Shown one piece after another: positions 42,376 to 52,330 of a stretch of DNA of 64,000 nucleotides. The notes beneath the pieces were generated by a model that was not told where the DNA came from, made no database searches, and saw nothing but the letters and a program-made list of their open reading frames with translations. Source of the DNA: Gammaproteobacteria bacterium. Its GTDB lineage: Bacteria > Pseudomonadota > Gammaproteobacteria > Eutrophobiales > Eutrophobiaceae. The stretch is from contig OZ244905.1 of assembly GCA_965221695.1 (NCBI GenBank), positions 288,001 through 352,000 on the forward strand, read 5' to 3'. Within the stretch, counting starts at the first letter, position 1. Each line of letters begins with the position of its first letter. Position numbers and translations under genes: made by a program.

Positions 42376-44109
42376 CTATCTTCTGATGATCCTGGGCAGC
42401 ATCATCTGGTGTCTTGGACAGATTGAGCGAGGATTCTGGTGCGCGGCGCCGGCAAACGCCGTGAGATAATTTCTGAGTTCAACCAGGTCCACGATTTCGT
42501 CGACGAGGCCGTAACGCGCGCAATATTCAGGGTTGGAATGTTGCCGATATTGCTCGGCCAGGGCGTTCATCTTGTCAGCCACCTCATCCAACGGTTTACC
42601 CGCGTCTTTTTGTTTGACTGCGCGTCTTGAGTACATGGCAACCGCCGCGGTTTCTCCATGCATGACCGCAATCTCGGTAGCCGGGGTGCCTAGCGTGAAC
42701 GCATTGTGGCGATTCGCGGTCGGTCCACCCATCAGGTAATGGGCCGCGGCCGTGCCTTTGCGCAGAACGACAAGCATCATGGGAATGTCGGTTTGCTGTA
42801 TAGAATAAATCAGGGACTGGCCCAGACCCAGCAACTCGGCTTTCTCTGCCAGCTCGCCAACGTCTATGCCTGAAGTATCCTGGAACCAGACAATCGGAAC
42901 CCGGTCTCGACCGCAGTGAGTGACAAACTCGTTCATCTTGATCAGCCCCTGGCGATACAGTTTCCCTCCCATACCCGGATAGTCTGCATACTCCGGATAG
43001 CCTTTGCCGAGGTAACCGGAACGATTTCCGATACATCCAACCACGAAACCGTCCAGTCTGCACAACCCCGTATAAACCTCCGGGCCATAGTCGGGACGGA
43101 ATTCCATATGTTCACTGGCATCTACTAACCGGGCCAGAATTTCGTCGAATGAATACACTTCTTTCTGGTTGGAGGGCAGCAGGCAATACAAATCTTCAGT
43201 CGCGTAGGCTGGCTCAGCAGGCTCTGCTACCCGAAAAAAACGGGGTTTATAAGCGGGTATGGCCTCCATGTAGTCTCTGATGCCATCCAGCACCTCGGTC
43301 TCTTCCTCGAAGACCTCGGTAAAGAAGCCCGTCTCATGGTAATGAGTCTCGACCCGTCCAGGTGGTTTGGCGCTGAATGAACGGGTCATTTCAACCAGTT
43401 CTTCCAGGGCCTCAGCGCTGAATCCACCTTTCGGGGACATACCCGAGACGATGCCAACGCCACCAACAGCTATGTTCGCGTTCTTGTGAGCCAGGAGAAT
43501 AGTGGGACTGATGCCATGGTAGCCGCCGCCGGCAGGATTTGTGCCGTAGATGCCGGCAAGCACGGGGATACCAAGCTGGTTCAATTCCGCATGGCGAAAG
43601 AATGTGGCGCCCGATCCGCGCCGGTTGGCATAGAACTTTTCCTGCTCATCCAGTTTCACACCACTGCAGTTAACCAGCCAGATCAAGGGCACATTAAGTC
43701 GCTTGGCCAAGTCGGTAACACGTAAGATGTTCTCCGATTGGCCCGGCAACCAGGCGCCGGCCAGCACCTTGTTGTCAAAACCGATCACCACTGCCCAACG
43801 TCCCGCCACCCTGGCAAGCCCGTCTACCACATTGGTTGAACCGTTGGCATTGTCTGAAGGATTGTACAAACTGTGCAAAGGCCGCCAGGAACCCGGATCG
43901 ATGAGATGTTCCAGGCGTTGCCAGACAGTCATTGTGCCGCGCTGGTTGATCTGTTCGGTGGAGAAACCCGCCTGCTCGATATCTTTTCTGCATTGCGCAA
44001 TGTCCGCTTCCACCTGTTTAAGCTGTTCGATGCTTGCGGCAGCGCGCTTGATCCGGCCGGACTTCAACTGTTTGCCAAATCGTTGCATGTTCTCGAAATA
44101 AGATTTCAT
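42376..44109 (-). CDS. gcdA: Glutaconyl-CoA decarboxylase alpha (carboxyltransferase) subunit
   Basis: DNKVLAGAW.PGQ, NCSGVK.DEQEK, GTNPAGGGYH.ISP, GKLYRQGLIKMNEF and HQMMLPRII, all as recalled for Acidaminococcus GcdA. Confidence 0.92.
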   Translation of the reverse strand: MKSYFENMQRFGKQLKSGRIKRAAASIEQLKQVEADIAQCRKDIEQAGFSTEQINQRGTMTVWQRLEHLIDPGSWRPLHSLYNPSDNANGSTNVVDGLARVAGRWAVVIGFDNKVLAGAWLPGQSENILRVTDLAKRLNVPLIWLVNCSGVKLDEQEKFYANRRGSGATFFRHAELNQLGIPVLAGIYGTNPAGGGYHGISPTILLAHKNANIAVGGVGIVSGMSPKGGFSAEALEELVEMTRSFSAKPPGRVETHYHETGFFTEVFEEETEVLDGIRDYMEAIPAYKPRFFRVAEPAEPAYATEDLYCLLPSNQKEVYSFDEILARLVDASEHMEFRPDYGPEVYTGLCRLDGFVVGCIGNRSGYLGKGYPEYADYPGMGGKLYRQGLIKMNEFVTHCGRDRVPIVWFQDTSGIDVGELAEKAELLGLGQSLIYSIQQTDIPMMLVVLRKGTAAAHYLMGGPTANRHNAFTLGTPATEIAVMHGETAAVAMYSRRAVKQKDAGKPLDEVADKMNALAEQYRQHSNPEYCARYGLVDEIVDLVELRNYLTAFAGAAHQNPRSICPRHQMMLPRIIRR

Positions 44110-44234
44110 TATGACTTTTTCCTCAACCAGGAACGAGTAATGTTAGCAGGTCTTAATAATGCGGGTAGCAGGCATTATAAATCAGGAACAAGAAACTGGA
44201 TACCCGCTGTTGGGAGAATGGTATAGTAGTTTCC

Positions 44235-44633
44235 ATGTCTATGCGGATATTACAACCACCCGGCTGGCCATATCCCCGAGGTTACTCCAATGGCATCATG
44301 GCGCGTGGCAGGATGATCTTCATCGCCGGACAAATCGGTTGGGATGAAACAAATATCATACAAAGCGACCGCCTCGCTGACCAAGTTCGCCAGGCCCTGA
44401 AAAATACCCTTGCAGTGCTGAGCGAAGCGAATGCCGGACCTGAACATGTCGCCAGGATGACCTGGTATGTCGTTGATAAACAGGAATATTTGTCGTCCCT
44501 GAAAGAAATCGGAAAAGCGTACCGGGATGTTATGGGCAACAACTACCCGGCAATGGCATTGTTAGAGGTGTCCGGATTACTTGAGGACAGGGCAAAAGTG
44601 GAAATCGAAACCACAGCCGTCCTACCAGATTGA
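44235..44633 (+). CDS. RidA/YjgF family protein (abm-cluster type)
   Basis: LQPPGW..PRGYSNG, AGQIGW and AKVEIETTAV. Confidence 0.9.
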   Translation: MSMRILQPPGWPYPRGYSNGIMARGRMIFIAGQIGWDETNIIQSDRLADQVRQALKNTLAVLSEANAGPEHVARMTWYVVDKQEYLSSLKEIGKAYRDVMGNNYPAMALLEVSGLLEDRAKVEIETTAVLPD

Positions 44634-44800
44634 GCCCGCTGAAAGTCAATGGGACCTAAAGTCAGCTAAAGGCCGCTTAACTGTTTTGACGCATTGCTCC
44701 TGACCAGCCAAACACGACGGCGCGGACGAGATCATATCTTAGTACAGTATCAGGGCAGGGACGCTGGCCGTCGTCAGACTGGGTATAGCAGACATGGATA

Positions 44801-44829
44801 TTGACACTAAAATAATTTGCGCTTAAAAT
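44801..44829 (+). promoter_or_regulatory. Sigma70 promoter of rplM-rpsI
   Basis: TTGACA-17 bp-TAAAAT. Confidence 0.8.
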
Positions 44830-44861
44830 TCATCTTTTTAACGCGCATTTACTGAATCTTC

Positions 44862-45290
44862 ATGAAAACCTACACCGCCACGCCGGCAGACATCAAACCT
44901 GAGTGGCATCTTGTTGATGCCAAGGGAAAAGTCCTTGGCAGGCTTGCTACAGAAATTGCCAGGCGCTTGCGTGGAAAACACAAGCCGGAATATACCCCGC
45001 ACATGGATACCGGCGATTATGTGATCGTCATCAACGCAAAAGATGTCCAGGTAACGGGAAACAAGGCAAGCAGCAAAACTTATTATCGCCACACCGGCTA
45101 CCCAGGCGGCATCAGGTCTATCACTTTCGATAAGTTGATCCGCTCAAAGCCGGAACGGGTCATTGAAAAAGCAGTCAAAGGCATGTTGCCCAAAGGCCCC
45201 CTGGGCCGGGATATGTTTCGCAAGCTGCGGGTTTATCCCGACAGCAATCATCGCCATGACGCGCAACAACCTAAACCGCTGGAATTATAA
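44862..45290 (+). CDS. rplM: 50S ribosomal protein L13
   Basis: [25 protein letters not shown] and [10 protein letters not shown]. Confidence 0.98.
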   Translation: MKTYTATPADIKPEWHLVDAKGKVLGRLATEIARRLRGKHKPEYTPHMDTGDYVIVINAKDVQVTGNKASSKTYYRHTGYPGGIRSITFDKLIRSKPERVIEKAVKGMLPKGPLGRDMFRKLRVYPDSNHRHDAQQPKPLEL

Positions 45291-45318
45291 CGGCGCACAC
45301 TACTACTCGGACACAGAT

Positions 45319-45711
45319 ATGGCAGACGGGATTTATTACAGCACCGGGCGCAGAAAAAGCGCCAGCGCGCGCGTATTTCTGAAGAAAGGCGAGGGGAATA
45401 TCGTCATCAATAATCGCACTATGGAACAATATTTCGGCAGGGAAACCGGTAGGATGATCGTACGGCAGCCATTGGAAAAGCTCGATATGCTGGAAAACTT
45501 CGATATCAATGTCACTGTCAGTGGTGGCGGGATTTCCGGCCAGGCCGGCGCAATCAGGCATGGGATCACTCGGGCGTTGATCAGATATGATGAAGGTCTA
45601 CGCAAAACACTGCGCCAGGCAGGGTTCGTGACTCGTGACGCACGCGCAGTCGAACGCAAGAAGGTCGGCCTGCACAAAGCCAGGAAACGTCCGCAATACA
45701 GTAAACGCTAG
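45319..45711 (+). CDS. rpsI: 30S ribosomal protein S9
   Basis: [25 protein letters not shown] and PQYSKR; start ATG at 45319. Confidence 0.98.
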   Translation: MADGIYYSTGRRKSASARVFLKKGEGNIVINNRTMEQYFGRETGRMIVRQPLEKLDMLENFDINVTVSGGGISGQAGAIRHGITRALIRYDEGLRKTLRQAGFVTRDARAVERKKVGLHKARKRPQYSKR

Positions 45712-45900
45712 CCCGGATAACCGCTCTTGCTCTGCGCCAACCGGCGCCGAACGGCAAGCGCATGAATGGTAATCCCGGAACACGCTGTGATGTCCGGGGT
45801 CTCATTTTTATGGGAGCTGAGAGTCAATTTGCGGGGGCAAGACGCACGCAAACCCGTGAAGCGCATACGCTGATTTGCTCGGCGAAACGCGCGCGATCCG

Positions 45901-48294
45901 ATGAGTAACGGTCTTAAAATAATCTGTCTTGGCGGGGGGCCGGCATCGCTTTATTTCTCCCTGCTGATGAAAAAAGCAAATCCCGCTCATAATATTCAAG
46001 TCATTGAACGGGGTCCCTCCGATGCTACCTGGGGTTTCGGCGTGGTGTTTTCCGATGACACCTTACGTGGGTTTATGGAAGCCGACCCGCCTAGTTACAA
46101 ACGCATCGTGGAACAATTCGCCTACTGGGACCGGATAGAGACCCGCATACACGGCGCAAGCGTGGTGAGTGGCGGGCACGGATTCTGCGGATTGTCGCGG
46201 CTTAAGCTGTTGAATGCGTTGCATGATCGTTGTGAGGAACTGGGTGTAGCCCTGAAATTCAACACCGATATTACCGACCTGGCGCAGCTTGAGATCGATA
46301 AACACGATCTGGTCATAGCCGGAGACGGCATCACTTCTATGCTCCGCAGCGCCTATGCGGAGGCATTCGGCGTCAGCATGGACTGGCGGTCCAATCGTTT
46401 CTGCTGGCTGGCGACTACCTTGCCGTTGGATAATTTTACTTTTACTTTTCGGAAAAACGAACATGGCTGGTGGTGGACACACGGCTATCGCTACGAACAA
46501 GGCATGTCTACCTGGATCGTGGAATGCAACCGGCAGACCTGGTTGAACGCAGGAATGGATGCGTTCTCGGAACAAGACACCCGCGCTTATATCGAGGAGG
46601 TGTTCAGGGAAGACCTGCGCGGCCATCCTGTCATCACCAACCGCTCGGTCTGGCGCGAATTCCCTGTTGTGCGCAATGCCAGGCTCTACCACAGGAACAT
46701 CGTGTTGTTGGGTGATGCCGGGCGATCGGCCCATTTTTCTGTCGGTTCCGGCACCAAGCTTGCCATGGAGGACGCGATTACACTGGCCGGCATATTCCGG
46801 GATCAGGGCGATTGCGTCCCGTCCGCGCTAAAGGCATACCAGCAAATCCGTAAACCAGAGGCGGATCGTCTGCAACGCGCTGCGGTGACCAGTTTGCGCT
46901 GGTTTGAGAATGTGGAGCGCTATGCCGGCCAGGATCCATTGCAGTTCACATTCAACATGCTTGCCCGCTCCAAGCGGGTCACCTATGACAACCTGAGACT
47001 GCGTGATCCCTCATTTATTCGCGCCACAGACCAGTGGTTTGCAACCAATACTCAGGCGTTGACCGGTTTCGACGACATCGATACGGAAAACCCTGTTGCG
47101 CCGATGTTTCAACCGTTCAGAATAGGGCGGATGCGAGTGGAAAACCGCGTTCAGCTCTCCGCTATGTGCCAGTATTGCGCGTCAGACGGGGTGCCTGGTG
47201 AATGGCATTTTGTGCATTACGGCTCACGGGGAGTGGGCGGAGTCGGCCTGGTGAATACGGAAATGTTGTGCGTGTCGGCAGACGCTCGAATCACCCATGG
47301 CTGCGCCGGATTATGGAATGCGGAGCAAACAGAGCAATGGCGGCGTATCTGCGTGTTTATCCATCAGCACAGTAGGGCAAAAGTCTGCGCGCAAATCGGT
47401 CATGCCGGCCGCAAAGGCGCGACCTGCATCCCTTGGCAAGGCGGGATCGATCAACCACTGCCGTCTGAGGACTGGGAGATCATGGCGCCGTCGCCGTTGC
47501 CGTACCTGGAGCATAGCCGGGTCCCGCGGGAGATGACCGGCGCGGATATGGAGCGAGTGGAACAAGATTTCGTGAACGCAACGAAAAACGCGATTGCCGC
47601 CGGTTTTGATATGCTGGAGTTGCATATGGCGCACGGTTACCTGCTGTCGTCCTTCATTAGCCCTTGCGCCAACCTGCGCCGGGACGAACATGGCGGGGAC
47701 ATCAATGGCCGGGCTCGTTTCCCGTTGCGAATCTTGCGCGCCGTGCGCCGGATCTGGCCCGTAGAGCGTCCTTTGTCGGCGCGCATCTCAGCTACTGACT
47801 GGACTGGCGACGGGCTCTCCGAACAGGATCTGCTGACTTTCGTCCGATTGTTAAAAGACAACGGCGTCGACCTCATCAATGTCTCCACCGGACAGGTGGT
47901 CAGCTACGAAGAACCTGTCTATGGGCGAATGTACCAGGCTCCGTTTTCTGACCTGATCCGCAACGAGGTAGGGATTGCGACCGTGGTAGCCGGCAATATT
48001 ACCAATGCCGATCAAGTCAATACGCTGATCGCCGCAGGCAGAACCGACCTGGTGGCGCTGGCGCGCCCGCTTATGAACGAACCCCAGTTCGTGCTGAATG
48101 CTGCGGCCCGTTACGGATATCGCGCGCAGCGCTGGCCGGAACAGTACGCCGCGGGCAAATTCGCGGCCGAGTTGATTGCTGAGCGGGAGCGTAGCGAAGA
48201 GATCGAGCTGAAAATCAGCGCAAAACCCCCGAACCCACAGGAAATACTGGCCGTCGCGATCGCCAGGGGTGAAGTGTTTCTGGAGAAACCCTGA
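45901..48294 (+). CDS. Bifunctional 2-aminobenzoyl-CoA monooxygenase/reductase (AbmA) / salicylyl-CoA 5-hydroxylase family
   Basis: N-terminal FAD monooxygenase (GGGPA, WGFGVVFSD, GDA..AHFSVGSGTKLAMED) fused to an OYE barrel (QIGHAGRK, HMAHGYLL). Confidence 0.92.
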   Translation: MSNGLKIICLGGGPASLYFSLLMKKANPAHNIQVIERGPSDATWGFGVVFSDDTLRGFMEADPPSYKRIVEQFAYWDRIETRIHGASVVSGGHGFCGLSRLKLLNALHDRCEELGVALKFNTDITDLAQLEIDKHDLVIAGDGITSMLRSAYAEAFGVSMDWRSNRFCWLATTLPLDNFTFTFRKNEHGWWWTHGYRYEQGMSTWIVECNRQTWLNAGMDAFSEQDTRAYIEEVFREDLRGHPVITNRSVWREFPVVRNARLYHRNIVLLGDAGRSAHFSVGSGTKLAMEDAITLAGIFRDQGDCVPSALKAYQQIRKPEADRLQRAAVTSLRWFENVERYAGQDPLQFTFNMLARSKRVTYDNLRLRDPSFIRATDQWFATNTQALTGFDDIDTENPVAPMFQPFRIGRMRVENRVQLSAMCQYCASDGVPGEWHFVHYGSRGVGGVGLVNTEMLCVSADARITHGCAGLWNAEQTEQWRRICVFIHQHSRAKVCAQIGHAGRKGATCIPWQGGIDQPLPSEDWEIMAPSPLPYLEHSRVPREMTGADMERVEQDFVNATKNAIAAGFDMLELHMAHGYLLSSFISPCANLRRDEHGGDINGRARFPLRILRAVRRIWPVERPLSARISATDWTGDGLSEQDLLTFVRLLKDNGVDLINVSTGQVVSYEEPVYGRMYQAPFSDLIRNEVGIATVVAGNITNADQVNTLIAAGRTDLVALARPLMNEPQFVLNAAARYGYRAQRWPEQYAAGKFAAELIAERERSEEIELKISAKPPNPQEILAVAIARGEVFLEKP

Positions 48295-48346
48295 TTCAAC
48301 CGCTTCCCGACCCGCTGCTCAGGTCAAAATTAACTTGAAAGAGTAC

Positions 48347-48504
48347 TAAGGGAAACTCTGAACAAGTCCATCCTGGACTTATCAGAGCACGAAAAACAAA
48401 AATGCGATTTTTGTTTTCCTCACAATATCAATGCTTTACAGTCATTGATATTGACGATACATCCTTGTATCGTAGGAACCTCTGACTTAATCAGAGGTTC
48501 CTAA
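48347..48504 (+). mobile_element. MITE-like element, copy C (152 bp plus TAA flanks)
   Basis: GGGAAACTCTGAACAAGTC...GACTTAATCAGAGGTTCC; CTAAG reads at both junctions; collinear with copy B. Confidence 0.88.
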
Positions 48505-48570
48505 GGTTAATCATGGGTTATACTGTTCCGAAAATCTGATGCTGAAGGCGGTCATAGCAGGAGAGAGAAC

Positions 48571-49884
48571 ATGAAACAATACTCAAATGACGAGTTGTCG
48601 GGCCTGGTAAAAGAAGATTCGGTTCATAAAAAAGTCTATACGGACCCTGAAATCTTTGACCTGGAAATGGAGCGCATCTGGAACAAGTCCTGGATATATG
48701 TGGGACATGACAGCCAGGTCAAACAGCCGGGCGATTATTTTGCCACAAGCATCGGCAAGCAACCGGTTGTCATGACCCGACACCGGGATGGCAAGGTGCA
48801 TGTGCTGTTCAACCGTTGCAGTCACAAAGGCGCTCAAGTTGTGGGAGACACTTGCGGAAACCTGCCGCAACTGCGTTGCAGTTACCATGGTTACGTGTTC
48901 GATACCGATGGGACATTGCTCCACATCCCCAGGGAAGAAGGCTATAGCGGGGTTGGATTTGGCAAAGGCAGCGCCGAATCCAACATGCAACAAGCGCCGC
49001 GTGTCGACAGTTATCACGGACTGGTGTTCGCCAGTCTGACAAGCAACGGGCCGGATTTACAAACATGGTTAAGCGGCGCCGCGGCATCCATCGATAACTT
49101 GGTGGAACGCTCTCCTGAAGGGCGCATTGAAATTGCCGGCGGTTGTTTCCGCTACCTGCATGATTCCAACTGGAAGATGTTTGTGGAAAACCTGAACGAC
49201 GCCATGCACCCCATGGTTGTGCACCAGTCTTCCAGCGGCACCGCAAAGCGAGTATTTGATGAACGCTTGAAAGAAGGCGATCCGGTCCCGTTTGAACTGG
49301 AGATGCTGGCGCCGTTTACTAACAACTACGAGTTCTTTGAAAAAATGGGACTCACGGCCTGGGATTACGGGCATAGCGTCACCGGTGGAAAATTCAGCAT
49401 TCACTCAGCCTATTCGCCCATACCCGGTTACATGGACGCTTTGATCGATAAATACGGCGAACAGAAGGCCAAGGAAATCCTCGCGGTAAACCGCCACAAT
49501 ACCGTTGTCTACCCCAGTTTTACCTTGAAAGGCGCCATCACTTCGATCCGTGTCGTCAAGCCGGTGGCGGTAGATAAGACGGTTATCGAGTCATGGGTGT
49601 TCAAGCAGGTGGGCGCTCCTGAGGAACTGTTCCGGCGATCCATCACCTATTGCAACCTGATCAATTCCCATGCCAATCTGGTTGGCCCGGATGACTATGA
49701 AGCCTATCACCGCTTGCAGCATGGCTTGCAGACAGAAGACGGCAATGAATGGGTGAGTCAGCATCGTTATCTAGGCAAGGACGAAGTGGATGAGGATGGC
49801 GCCCGGCACGCGGCGGGCACCTCCGATATGGTCTTTCGCCACCAGTTCCAGACCTGGAAGAACTACATGGTTGGCCTTCAATGA
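48571..49884 (+). CDS. Rieske ring-hydroxylating oxygenase alpha subunit, IadD (indole-3-acetate oxygenase)-like
   Basis: CSHKG...CSYHG; NWKMFVENLNDAMHPMVVH; RSPEG.IEIAGGC, FSIHS.Y and RHNTV segments resemble my recollection of Variovorax IadD (not aligned). Confidence 0.88.
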   Translation: MKQYSNDELSGLVKEDSVHKKVYTDPEIFDLEMERIWNKSWIYVGHDSQVKQPGDYFATSIGKQPVVMTRHRDGKVHVLFNRCSHKGAQVVGDTCGNLPQLRCSYHGYVFDTDGTLLHIPREEGYSGVGFGKGSAESNMQQAPRVDSYHGLVFASLTSNGPDLQTWLSGAAASIDNLVERSPEGRIEIAGGCFRYLHDSNWKMFVENLNDAMHPMVVHQSSSGTAKRVFDERLKEGDPVPFELEMLAPFTNNYEFFEKMGLTAWDYGHSVTGGKFSIHSAYSPIPGYMDALIDKYGEQKAKEILAVNRHNTVVYPSFTLKGAITSIRVVKPVAVDKTVIESWVFKQVGAPEELFRRSITYCNLINSHANLVGPDDYEAYHRLQHGLQTEDGNEWVSQHRYLGKDEVDEDGARHAAGTSDMVFRHQFQTWKNYMVGLQ

Positions 49885-49965
49885 CGCCATTGTCAATGCT
49901 TCGGACAATCAACATAGCCAGAGCTTTTCTGCGCTCTTCTTTTTTTAGAACAGGACTGAATTCTC

Positions 49966-50466
49966 ATGCAGACCCCGCAGCAAACCAACCCGCCTGATCT
50001 CCGATCATTGGAACAATTTCTGTATCACGAAGCGCGCCTGCTGGATGAACAACGCTGGGAGGAATGGAATGCCCTATACCTTGAAGACGCTGAATACTGG
50101 GCGCCGGCGGCGCCGGACCAGGAGGATCCGCACAACCATGTCTCGCTTATCTATGAAACGGGGCTGCTCAGGGCCGTGCGCATCAAACGTTACAGGCACC
50201 CCAATGCTTTTTCCCTGCAACCTCAACCCCGTAGCGCGCACCTGGTAAGCAATGTCATGCTGGACAGCTTTGATGAGAATACCCTGGAGTGCCAGGTCAA
50301 TTCCCGTTTCATCATGTTGCAGTATCGGCGCGAGAAACAGGATGTGTTTGCCGGGACCTACCAGCACAAACTGCGCATTGAGGGGAATGAATTCAGGATC
50401 GCCGCCAAGCGTATCGACTTGCTCAACTGCGACGCGCCGCTGGAAAATATACTCATATATTTCTAA
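49966..50466 (+). CDS. Ring-hydroxylating oxygenase beta subunit (IadE-like)
   Basis: FLYHEARLLD, YWAP and KRIDLLNCDA. Confidence 0.9.
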   Translation: MQTPQQTNPPDLRSLEQFLYHEARLLDEQRWEEWNALYLEDAEYWAPAAPDQEDPHNHVSLIYETGLLRAVRIKRYRHPNAFSLQPQPRSAHLVSNVMLDSFDENTLECQVNSRFIMLQYRREKQDVFAGTYQHKLRIEGNEFRIAAKRIDLLNCDAPLENILIYF

Positions 50467-50766
50467 ATGCCCTCCGCACAAGGGAAATCCACTGATTCCG
50501 CCGCGTACCGGAAATTCAGGCGCATTCACAACAGATTGTCCTGGATACTGATCACCGCGCTGGTCGGCCTGGCGCTGGCATTTGATCTGTTCAACGTCTA
50601 CGCAAAAAAGCTCATGGGCGCTCCGCTGGTAGAACACAGCGTGATTTCCATCGGCATGTTCATTGCGCTGTTGATCATCCTGATTATTCTTGCCGCCGCA
50701 GTGTATTACACACTCAGGATCAATGCCGCTTACCTGGAGCTGCGCGAGTCCCAGGACGATGACTGA
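50467..50766 (+). CDS. DUF485/YjcH-like membrane protein
   Basis: Two TM helices; overlaps the actP-like gene, the canonical pairing. Confidence 0.8.
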   Translation: MPSAQGKSTDSAAYRKFRRIHNRLSWILITALVGLALAFDLFNVYAKKLMGAPLVEHSVISIGMFIALLIILIILAAAVYYTLRINAAYLELRESQDDD

Positions 50767-52318
50767 CCTGAATTATCCTGCGATTGCGTCGTTTGTACTG
50801 TTTATTATCGCCACATTGTTTATCACCGTGTATGCCGCGCGCCGCACACGTTCCAGAAAAGACTTCTACGTGGCAGGCAACGCCATCGGGGGCATACAGA
50901 ACGGCATCGCCATTTCCGGGGATTATATGTCCGCCGCTTCTTTCCTGGGCCTGGTGGGGCTTTTTTTTCTTGGCGGCTATGACACCATCTATTTTATCGT
51001 AAACCTGATTCTGAGTTGGGCGGTGGTGCTGTTTCTAATCGCCGAAAAGCTGCGCAACCTGGGCTCCTATACCTTTGCGGACGCGGTGTCGGTCAGGCTG
51101 GCGACACGACCGATACGGATACTCGCAGCTACCGTCACCCTGGCTGTAGCCATCCCGTACATGCTGGCGCAGATGGTCGCCGCCGGCGCTTTGTTCGAAT
51201 CTCTGTTCGGCCTCAGTTTCAGCCAAGGTGTGCTGGCAGTTGGCGTTCTGATGACTATTTATATCACTTTCGGCGGTATGATCGCGACCACCTGGGTGCA
51301 GATCATCAAGGCCGCGCTGCTGGTTGGCGGCGGCACCGTTCTTACAGTGGGGGTGCTTGCCAGTTTCAACTTTGACGTCAACAGATTGGCCGAACTGGCC
51401 GTGGCGGCGCACCCGCAAGGCATAGCCATCATGCAGCCGGGACTACTCTACCCGGACCTTATTTCCGTAGTTTCCCTGAGCCTCGCGTTTATCGGCGGCA
51501 CTGCGGGATTGCCCCATGTCCTGATGCGTTTTTTTACCGTGCCGGACGGTGTACAAGCCCGGCGTTCGGCTGCCTGGGCCATGGGAATCATCAGCTATTT
51601 CCAATTGCTGGTACTGTTCATCGGCCTTGGAGCGATAGTATTGTTGACGAACAATCCTGAATTCAGCGCCGGCGGTCTGCAGTTGCGTGGCGGCAGCAAT
51701 ATGGCGGCGATACACCTTTCGCAAATCATTGGCGGCAATATCTTCATGGGGTTTATCTGCGCGGTCGCATTTGCCACCATTCTCGCAGTAGTGTCAGGTC
51801 TGATGCTGTCCGCCGCCGCCACTATTTCCCACGACCTTTATGCCGGCGTTATCCGCAAAGGAGAATGCGACGAAGCTGAAGAGTTACGCGTGTCTCGATT
51901 GACAGTAGTCGTGTTGAGCGTTATCGGTATCTTGCTTGCCCTGATGTTCGAGGGCCAGAATGTGGCCGTGCTGGCCACCTTGCCTCTGGTAATCGCGGCC
52001 AGCGCCAACTTTCCCATTCTGTTCCTGTTCATGTACTGGAAAGGTTTCACCACCCGTGGCGCGCTGTTCGGCGGTTACACCGGATTGGCTCTGGCTGTCA
52101 GTCTGATCATTCTTGGCCCGACCGTCTGGGTTAACGTACTGGGTTACGAACAAGCGTTGTTTCCCTACACTTATCCGACCTTATTTTCCATGGGCGCTTG
52201 TTTCCTGTTTGCCTGGTTTTTCTCGATCACAGACAACAGCCCGCGCGCCGCCGCGGAAGCCGCCGCGTTTGCCGAACAGCAGCGCCGCTCACATTTGGGC
52301 GAACTGTCGTGCGGCTGA
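50759..52318 (+). CDS. Sodium:solute symporter, ActP-like
   Basis: NGIAISGDYMSAASFLG, GGMIATTWVQIIK, GTAGLPHVLMRFFTVP and AVAFATILAVVSG. Confidence 0.92.
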   Translation: MTDLNYPAIASFVLFIIATLFITVYAARRTRSRKDFYVAGNAIGGIQNGIAISGDYMSAASFLGLVGLFFLGGYDTIYFIVNLILSWAVVLFLIAEKLRNLGSYTFADAVSVRLATRPIRILAATVTLAVAIPYMLAQMVAAGALFESLFGLSFSQGVLAVGVLMTIYITFGGMIATTWVQIIKAALLVGGGTVLTVGVLASFNFDVNRLAELAVAAHPQGIAIMQPGLLYPDLISVVSLSLAFIGGTAGLPHVLMRFFTVPDGVQARRSAAWAMGIISYFQLLVLFIGLGAIVLLTNNPEFSAGGLQLRGGSNMAAIHLSQIIGGNIFMGFICAVAFATILAVVSGLMLSAAATISHDLYAGVIRKGECDEAEELRVSRLTVVVLSVIGILLALMFEGQNVAVLATLPLVIAASANFPILFLFMYWKGFTTRGALFGGYTGLALAVSLIILGPTVWVNVLGYEQALFPYTYPTLFSMGACFLFAWFFSITDNSPRAAAEAAAFAEQQRRSHLGELSCG

Positions 52319-52330
52319 GTGAAGAATACT

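Noticed and set aside
45712-45900. tRNA or ncRNA after rpsI
   Set aside because: No cloverleaf or T-loop consensus; only an imperfect hairpin near 45774-45800.
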